From: a virus
Lineage: Duplodnaviria > Caudoviricetes
Length of the DNA stretch: 35,522 nt
IMG/VR virus record: IMGVR_UViG_3300042380_000737
Coordinates: 1 to 35,522 of that record
Strand: one strand, 5' to 3'
The position numbers and the translations under genes are program-made. This document shows positions 1 to 9,000 of this stretch, piece after piece. Position 1 is the first letter of the stretch, and every line of letters starts with the position of its first letter. The notes beneath the pieces were generated by a model that was not told the DNA's origin, ran no database searches, and worked only from the letters and a program-made list of their open reading frames with translations.

Positions 1-3000
1 GTCGGCAACGCGCTCGCCACCGGCGGCATCGAGGGCAGCACCGAAGCCGTCGAAGAGGCGGCCACCGTCATCGAGGGCCAGCGCGCCGCGGCGCAGTACA
101 ACCCCGAGATCGACTCGACCAAGGGCGCTGCCGGAGCGGCGACCATGGGCTTCGTTGGCGGCGCTGGCGTCGGCGCCGTTGCTGGGGCGCTGCAGTCGCC
201 CGAACTGGCCCCCGTCATCCAGAAAGCCCAGGAGCCCAACAGCCCGCTGTCGAAGTCGGCCGTCGCAGGCACTGCAGCCTCTCCGCCCGTGGCGCCCGTG
301 GCTCCGGTCGACCCGGCAGCCCGCCTGGCCGAGCTCGAGGCCAAGTCCAAGGGCACCCCCGACCGGGTGGTGACAGGCCCTGACGGCAGGCCGATGACCA
401 TTCCCGGCACCCCGGGCGGATTCTTTACGGCCAGCGAGAAGGGCGAGTACGACGCCCTGATCGCCCAGCGCGACGCCACTCCCGGCGCCAAGCCCGACGA
501 GCTCGCGCCGCGCCTGGCCGCCGTCAAGTCCGCTCTCAACCCGGGCGTGCTCGACGCCCTGCGCGCCGAAGGATCCGACTACACCGCGAAGGACCTGCTC
601 AAGGACCTGGCCATCGCCCAGAGCCGCAGCGCTCAGCAGACGCAGCGCGAGCAGGCGCTGTCGCGCATCGAGACCGGCCTCGAGTGGGCTGGCGCCAACC
701 CGGCGCCCACGATCGAGCCGAACATCGACGAGATCACCGGCACCGCGGACGGCGAGATCCGCGAGCCCGGTGCCCGGGCGCCCATCGGCCAGTTGCGCGC
801 CGGCGTCGATCGCGATGCCGAGCTGATCGCGCAGCGCGACGGCACTCAGGCCGGCCGCGCCGGCGAGGCTCTGCGCGCAGAGGCCGATCGCCTGGACGAG
901 GCTTCGCTCCTCATCGTCTCGGATCCGAAGGCCGACGACGCCGCGTTCGAGCGCGCCAACGACATGCGCTCCCGGGCGCACTCCTTGCGCCAGCGCGCCG
1001 CGCGCGCCGACGCCGATGCGCCGGCGGCTCAGCCCGGCGTCGGCATCCAGCGCGACCGCGAGCTCATCGACGCCCAGCGCCAAGTGAACATGGAGCGCCG
1101 GCTCGGCGCCAGGCCCGCGCCGCCCGCGCCGGCCCCTGCGCCGCCCCCCGCTCCCGTCACGCCGGCCGAGCAGGGCCGCCTCGAGGCCGCCGCGCTGGGC
1201 GCCAAGGTCAACGAGCGCCGCCGCGGCGACGAGGCGCGCCGGGTCGTCATCGACCGCGCCCTGCGCAACGTCGAGGAGCGCGTCGGCGTGGCCAGCCCGG
1301 CCGAGGCGCAGATCTTCGCCGAGGCCGGCCTGGGCAAGCCCTACGACCGCATCGACGAGAGCCTGGCGCCGCCGCCGTCCACCGACGAGCGCCTGACGCA
1401 GGCCACGGGTATCGCCCTGGGCCGCCGGCCGCGCGAGACGGTGGTGCCCGGCCGCCAGGACGACGCCGCCCTGGCCTCCGCCGAGCAGAAGGCCGTGGTC
1501 GACGCCGCCCGGGCGCGCATGACCGCCGAGCAGATGCGCGTGCTGCAGGACGCTGCGGTCAACCCGGCGAACCTGAGCGCCACCGACAAGCTGCAGCTGC
1601 AACAGATGCGGGAGGCGCGCAATTCCGGGGGTGGCGCGGCGATTATGTCGAGGGCGCGCGGCCTCTACTCTGGTTGGCGCATCGCTACGCAGCTGGCTGG
1701 AATGGCCAAGCGCTGGTATCGGCCGCACTTCGATGATCTTGTAGCCAGCGGCGCTGCAGACATCGATGGCCGAAAGCTGCGCGACTCATCCCCGCAAGAG
1801 TTGCTTGACTTCTTGCGTAGGCTTGAGCCTGTCAATGAGCACCTCGCCGTACACGGCGGCGGGCAGCGCGCTCGCGACTTATTCCGCAGGGCCATCGAAG
1901 AGCTCGAGGCCGGCCTGCGCGAAGACACGGCCAACAAGTCCGCCGAGCGCAGGGGCGCCGAGCCAGAGGCCTCGGCGCTGACGTCATCCGAACCCGCCGT
2001 CATCCGCAAGCGCCGCCGCCAGCTCGACAAGCTGGCCGAGGATGGCTACGAGACCGTCGAGCGCCGCGACGGCGTGTTCTTCATTCGCAATTCGCGAACC
2101 GGAGATGAGGTCCGCCTGAGCGGCCGCGCCGACGCCGCCCTGGCGCGCGCCGCCGTCAAGGCCCGGGCTGATGGCCAGACCGCCGCCCAACGCATGGTCG
2201 GCGAGAAGATCGACGGCGACTGGTCGCGCTTCTCCAAGGCCTCCGGCACGCTTGGCATTCCGCGCGCCGAGATGCCGCAGGTCAAGGCCGAGCACCGCGG
2301 CGCGATGGCCAACTTCATGGCCGCCCGCGGCGTCGCCCTGACGCAAGAGGAGGTGGCGCCGAACACGCTGAAGGCCACCCAGGCCGAAGTCTCGCCGCAG
2401 CGCGCGCGTGACGCCGCCGACACTGACGGCGACCGCGCCATCCTGGTCTCGTCAGACGGCCACATCCTCGACGGCCACCACCAGTGGATGGCAGCCCTGG
2501 AGGCCGGGCGGCCGGTGCGCGTCATCCGCCTCGACGCGCCGATCCAGCGCCTGATCGAGCTGGCCCGCGAGTTCCCGTCGTCGACCATGGATGTTGGCGC
2601 CGCGCCGGCGACGAATGACGCCGCAGAAGCGACGACCGACACCCCGCTGGCGGACGGCCCGGCCATGGCCGTCGAGCCTGACCGCGCGCCCGGCACCACC
2701 TTCACCGTCCGCATGGACGGCAAGAACGTCGAGTTCAAGCGCGCAGACGTGTCGCAGCTCGCCGAGACCGAGTCGCCCGAGCGCGACGGCAAGGCCCGCC
2801 GCATCAGCCGCAAGTCGGCAAAACTCATCAGCGCCATCGGCGCGGCGATGGGCAAGCGTGTGCAGTTCTTCGAGGACATCAGCGGCACCCGGGTCGGCGA
2901 CGGCTTCGTGAAGCCGGAAGAACCCGACACCATCTACCTGAACACGGTGTCGACCATCAACCCGCTGGCCGTCTTCGGGCACGAGTTCCTGCACACGCTG

Positions 3001-6000
3001 CGCATCACCAACCCCAAGGCCTGGGACGCGATCGCGGCCGTCGTGAAGACCCGCGTGAAGAACCCCAAGGGCTTCCGTCAGGACTACTACGGCGCCGAGA
3101 TCGCCAAGAAGCGCGGCAACCGCGCCCTGAGCGGAGGGCGCGGCGGCGAGCTCGAGGAGCTGGTCTCCGACCTCGGCGGCAATTTGATGGCCGATCCGTC
3201 CTTCTGGCGCGAAGTATTCGCAAAAATCGATGCCGACAACGGCAAGGACGCAAAGGGCATCATCGCCCGCCTAATCGCGCAGCTGCAGGCCCTGATCGAC
3301 ATGGCCGTCGGCGCCGTGAAGGGGCCTGCGTTCCGGGCGCTCAACAAGGATGGCGCGTCGCCGTTCGTCGACGACATGGCGGCTGTCCGCGCCGCGTTCC
3401 GCGACGGCCTGGCCGAGTACCTGAAGGACAGCGGCCAGTCGAAGGCTGGCATGCAGGCGGAGATCCTGAAGTCGAGCCAGTCGGCACAGAAGAGCGCCGT
3501 CAGAGAGTCGGCCATCGACAGCCTGGTGGTCGATGGTAGGTTCAACGGCATGCGCGTGTACGGCGACTGGTTTGAGCAGGACATGCTTGCTCGCGCCAAG
3601 CGCAACAAGATCGACGTCAAGGACCTGCACCTTGGCCTCATCCAGTCGCGCAGCACCATGGGCGGCACCTATGCGACGCGCGGCTACTTCTACGTCGTGC
3701 CCCAAGGCGTCCGCACCTACGTCTGGGACAAGGACAACAAGCCGGTGTACACGCTCCATGACGGTGTCATGGTGTTCACGCGCCGCCGCGACGGCAAGGT
3801 CCAGTCCAGCGGGCACGCGGATCCGATGGATGTCGTGCTGGCGAGCGAGCCGCTTGATGACCAGGTGCGCCTGAGCAAGGCGCGCAGCGTCCCAAAGAAG
3901 CTCGAGGAAAACTTCGTCGCGTGGAGCGGCGGCATTGCCCGCTCCTCCGTCGTCACCGACGCCAGCCCCGGCGGCAAGCACAAGTTCAAGACCGGCGAGC
4001 CGTTCGTCGCTTCCGTCTTTCACGGCAGCCCGAATATCTTCGACGAGTTCAAGAACGAGCGCCTTGGCGAGAACACCGGCGCAAAGTCCGCCACTCTCGG
4101 ACACTTTGCAGCAGGCAGCGCAGGCACGTCGGAGAGTTACACCGGCGGCTTTGGCGGCGACGATTTCGATTCAGAAGAAAGCCTCACTGGCGATGTGTCG
4201 TGGGACGGCTCGGGTGGCCCAGAGCTGGTCTTCACCGCCGACGGCGGCAAGTGGCTCAAGGTTGCGGATCACGACCCAGACGAGATCCAGAAGGACTTCC
4301 CGGATCAGAACTTCACCGACGCAGACGTGGAGGCCCTCCGGGAGTACCAGTCCTACGTCGAGGCGGCCGAGGAGATGTCGCTCGGCGCCTTTGGTTTGGA
4401 GGGCGGCGTCCCAATGGCTGGCGGCTCGGCGCGCGTCAACACCCAAGAGATTCTCGAGCAGCTTGAGCGAGAAGGCCTGGTTGCCCTGACTTACTCTGCC
4501 GGCGTCCATTACGGAGAGATGTTCGATAGCGATCACTTCGTGATCCAGAAGGAGTCGGACGGCACATGGGCTGTATCCCGCAGTGGCACGTTGGTCAGCA
4601 TCGAGAAGACGCGCCGCGCAGCGGAGCAGGCGGCTAATGACGAGCTGCAGTCCCAGATTGAGATGCGCGAGCGGGGAGATGACTCTCAGCTGATGAACCT
4701 GTACCTGCGCAGCGCCAACCCGCTCGTTCACGACTACAAAGGAAAGTCATACCGCGAGATCTCCTATGCCAAGGTCATCTCTGCGGCCAAGAAGAATGGT
4801 CACGATGCCGTCGTTCTGCTGAACACATTCGACGGTGGGCCGAAAGACAACATCTTTGTTTTCTTCGACCCCAACCAGGTCAAGAGCTCGATCGGCAACG
4901 ACGGCAGCTACAGCCGCGCGTCGAACAACATCTACAAGTCCCCCGAGCGCGGCATCCACTTCAGCAAGCAGCAGCGCAACTCGATCAACGGCGCCTACTA
5001 CGGCACAGGCCTGAAGGGCCTGGAGGCCGAGCGCCTGCGCGCCAGCGACGACCCGCGCCTGAAGACCCGCGTCTACTTCTACGTGGACGAGGGCAATGGC
5101 GTTCGCCCCGAGGCGGGCGTCGGCGGCTACGCCCACGAGGTCGAGCTGCCGAAGCTATACGACGCCAAGGCCAACGCTGAGAAGCTCTGGAACAGCGGCG
5201 ACCTGAACGGCACCGAGAGCCGCATCCTGGACGCCGGCTACGCGGGCTACTTCGTCAAGAAGCACGAGACCGGGCAGGGCCTGGCGGTCGTCATCGGCGA
5301 CGCGGCCAAGAGCATGCCCGCCAAGCCCATCGCGAACCCGAAGATCGCTGGCCCGATCTCGACCGGCGTGCCCGAGACCATCAAGGCCGCGCCGAGCTCG
5401 AAGGAGATCGACCTCATCGAGGTGGGCAACATCCCTGGCGCCACGCTGCGCGCGGGCATGCTGCGCTTCCCGGCCGACAGTCGCGAGCAGGCCAACGCCG
5501 AGATGGCCCGCATCGGCTCCGACCTGCGCTTCAGCAAGGAGCGCCTGTCGACGCCGGCCGAAGAGATCGAGGCGGTGCGCAAGCGATACTCAGTCTCCGG
5601 GAGTGATTACATCGACAGAGAGCTTGCGCTTCTGGGACCTGATGAGTCCAACGCGAATGGAAGTGGCGCAAACGCCAAGCATCTCGCCAATGCTGGCGTG
5701 AGTCCATCCCTGATCTCTCAGGGCCTCAGCCTCCTCCACGGACCAGGTTTTTCTATCGACTCTGTAGATACCGTGCTGGCGCAGCGTCTTTGGAGTAACG
5801 CCGACGCGTTTGGCGATGTCCTTGATTTGCTGTCCGGTAGCGGCAAGGGATTTCGCAAGCTCAATGTCAAAGGTCGCATGCTTGTGCAGGACGGAATGGT
5901 CCTTGCTGGTCAAAACAGCGAGATTCGAAGGTCTATTGTCGAGTCGATTCCCGTTGATGTGGTGAACCTCCTCGCCGGGAAGAATATCTCGACCGATAGC

Positions 6001-9000
6001 CTGTTGCGCGATCACGCGGTGTTCAAAGATTCGCTTTTTGCCGACGGTGACTCGCCTGTACCCTCCCTCAGTGATGTGGCCCTTTTGAGCATTGTGGGCA
6101 ACCCTGCAGTCAAAGGAGCAGAAGTTCTTGCTGGCGCGCTCGGCATGGCTCGCCTTTCGAAAGAAGCGCTTGTCGCAGTGCGTACAGGATATTTCGACGG
6201 GCGGCTGCCGGCGTCGCCTCGGAGCGTCAGGCTCGCCAGTCGCGTTGAGGACTTTCCCTGGTTCGATGTCGATGATGCTCATGTGCTGAAGTTTAGCGCA
6301 CAACAGCTTGTTGCGCTACAAGAGAACCCGTGGCTCAAGGCGCCCAACGGCAAGGCGACCAACCTGACCGAGCGCCAGTGGCTGCACGTTCGCACGCCTT
6401 CGTTCAAGAAGTGGTTCGGCGACTTCGAGAAGTTCGACGGCGCTCAGGGCGGAGTCTGGGCTGATGACAATGGAGAGGTCTCAAAGGTCGTCGACTCAAA
6501 CGGTGAGCCTATGGTCGTGTACCACGGCACCGATAAGGGCGGCTTCGCGTCCTTCCGCCGCCCGGGCGGCAAGAAGCGCGGCGACCTCGGCATCTTCACG
6601 ACCGACAACCTGCAGATGGCGCGCACGTACGTGCATCGCGGGCGTGGCCGGATCCTGGTCGCTGACGAGATCTCGGAGGAGGACAACGATGGCGGCAGCG
6701 AAGCTGGTGTCTACGCTCTGTTCCTGAACATCCGAGAGCCCAACGAGGATGACTTCGAAGGCGCCAACTGGGACGGCAGCCGTGAAGGCATGTACATGGT
6801 CGTCGGCGAGGATGGTGATGCCATCTATGCAGACGACGGCCGTAGCTACTTCGCAGACTACGATGAGGCTCTGTCTGTGGTTGCAGCCAAAGGCGGCAAC
6901 ATCGAGGCGGCGCAGGACCACTACAACGACACCGACTCGGTCGTCCGCGGGGCCCAGCAGTCCAGGTCGCAGGACGGCGCGATCATCCGCAGCGTGCGCG
7001 ACGAGGGTGGCGGCTACAACGCAAGCTACTACGGGGACCCGTCAGACCTGTTCGTCGCCCTCGAGCCCAACCAGGTCAAGAGCGCCGACTTCAACGACGG
7101 CACGTACAGCGTCGACGAGGATGACATTCGCCGCAGCGCTGCGCGCGAGCCGCGTGAGCGCGTGCACGGATTCGAGGTCAGCACGCGCGAGCCGTACGCC
7201 AAGCCGACGAAGGACTTCGCGCCAGAAGACTCTCGACGCGACCTGCTGATCAGCGACTTCGCCTCGGGCCTTGGCCAGAGCAAGTGGCTCGCAGCCGTGA
7301 CGGAGCTGGTTGAGGGCTACCCGAACTACCGCGCCGCCGCGACCGCCAACACGCCCGAGAAGAAGCTCGAGCGCACGGTTCGCCAGCTGGTCGAGAACCT
7401 GCTGTGGCTGCACGACCAGGTGCCAGCCGACACGCGCAACCGCAGCAGGCTGTGGTACGACGGCGCCCGGGCGATTGCTGAGCGCTGGTCTCGCAAGTAC
7501 AGCATCAGCGATGCGCAGGCCGCCGGCATCCTGGCCGTGCTAAGCCCGCAGAAGGACTGGTTCATGAACGTGAGCCTGGCCAACCGCGTGGCTGACATCA
7601 TGACCGATCGGCAGGCCTTCCGCTGGTCGAAGCAGATGGACGAGACCTCCGCCAGGATCTTCGGCAAAGAGGCCTACCAGGAGGACATCGACGCGATCCG
7701 CGGCCAGACGCTGCAGGATCTTGACGACGCCTACCTGCGCGCGATGTGGCTCCGCGTCTACGACCAGGCGCACAACCCGAGCTCGTTCTACATCGTCTCG
7801 CCCGAGGGCGACTTCGTGGCCGAGGCGCGCACGAAGGACGGCACGCTCGGCCGCGTCGCGTGGGGCGGCAACAGCACTATCGCGAAGGCTGTCTCTGTCT
7901 TCGAAAACGGGTCGTTCGAGAACATCAGCACGCAGCTCGGCCGCAAGCACAAGGTCCGCAACTTCTACAACAACATCCTCGTGCCGAACAGCCCGAACGG
8001 GCACGTCACGATCGACACGCACGCCGTGGCGGCCGCGCTGCTGCGACCGCTTTCTGGCAACTCTATCGAGGTGATGCACAACTTCGGCGGCCCGAAGAGC
8101 GCGCACGCCGGCCTCGAAGGGACGTACGCCATGTACGAGGAAGCCTACCGCCGCGCAGCCGCAGAGCGTGGCATCCTGCCGCGTGAGATGCAGTCGATCA
8201 CCTGGGAGGCTGTGCGCGGCATGTTCGTGCCCACCTTTAAGGCCCAGCGGCGCAACGTCGAAGCAGTCGACAGCGTGTGGACCCAATTCCAGAAAGGACG
8301 CCTGAGTTATGAAAACGCCCGAAAACAAGTCCTCGAACTTGCTGGAGGCATTGAAGCCCCTAGCTGGTCGGGACGCGACCCTGGCGCGTATGTTGAAGAT
8401 GAACCGGCCGCTGACGATGGAGACCTGGCTGCGGATGGAGTACCCGCAGGGGATTCCGCGGCTGACGGCGGAGATTCTGGCCGGCGTGCCGGCGCCTCTG
8501 CGCGCCGCAGCCGAGCCCGAGACAGAGAGCGAGGGGATGAGGGCCGAAGCCTTGCGCCGCTTGCGGGTGCGCCGTCTATCGCAGGAGCAACCGGCCCCGA
8601 CCCGCGACTCGTCGAAGTAGCCGAGCGGTACGCCGCCAGCAGGGGCGTCCAGCTCCGTCGCCAGGCGGATTACGTCAAGGTCGACCCCGAGCGCGCCAGG
8701 CGCATCGCCGAGGCCTACGAGGCGATGCCGCACGCGCCGCAAGACCCGGCGGTCAAGGCTGCGTACCAAGACCTCATCCAGCAGACGCGCGCGCAGTACG
8801 ACGCCCTGGTGGACGCGGGCTACAAGTTCTGGTTCATGGACCCGGAAGCCGACCCGTACGCCGGCAACCCGTGGAACGCGATGCGCGACCTGCGCGCCAA
8901 CCAGCGCATGGCCGTGTTCCCGACGGAGGCCGGCTTCGGCACGAGCGACTTCGACCCCGCTGCTAACCCGCTGCTGGCTGACACCGGGCTGGAGTGGGGC

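Noticed and set aside
684-1736. 350-aa Arg-rich alternative-frame ORF
   Set aside because: R/G/P-rich frameshift shadow; codon bias stays in frame 1.
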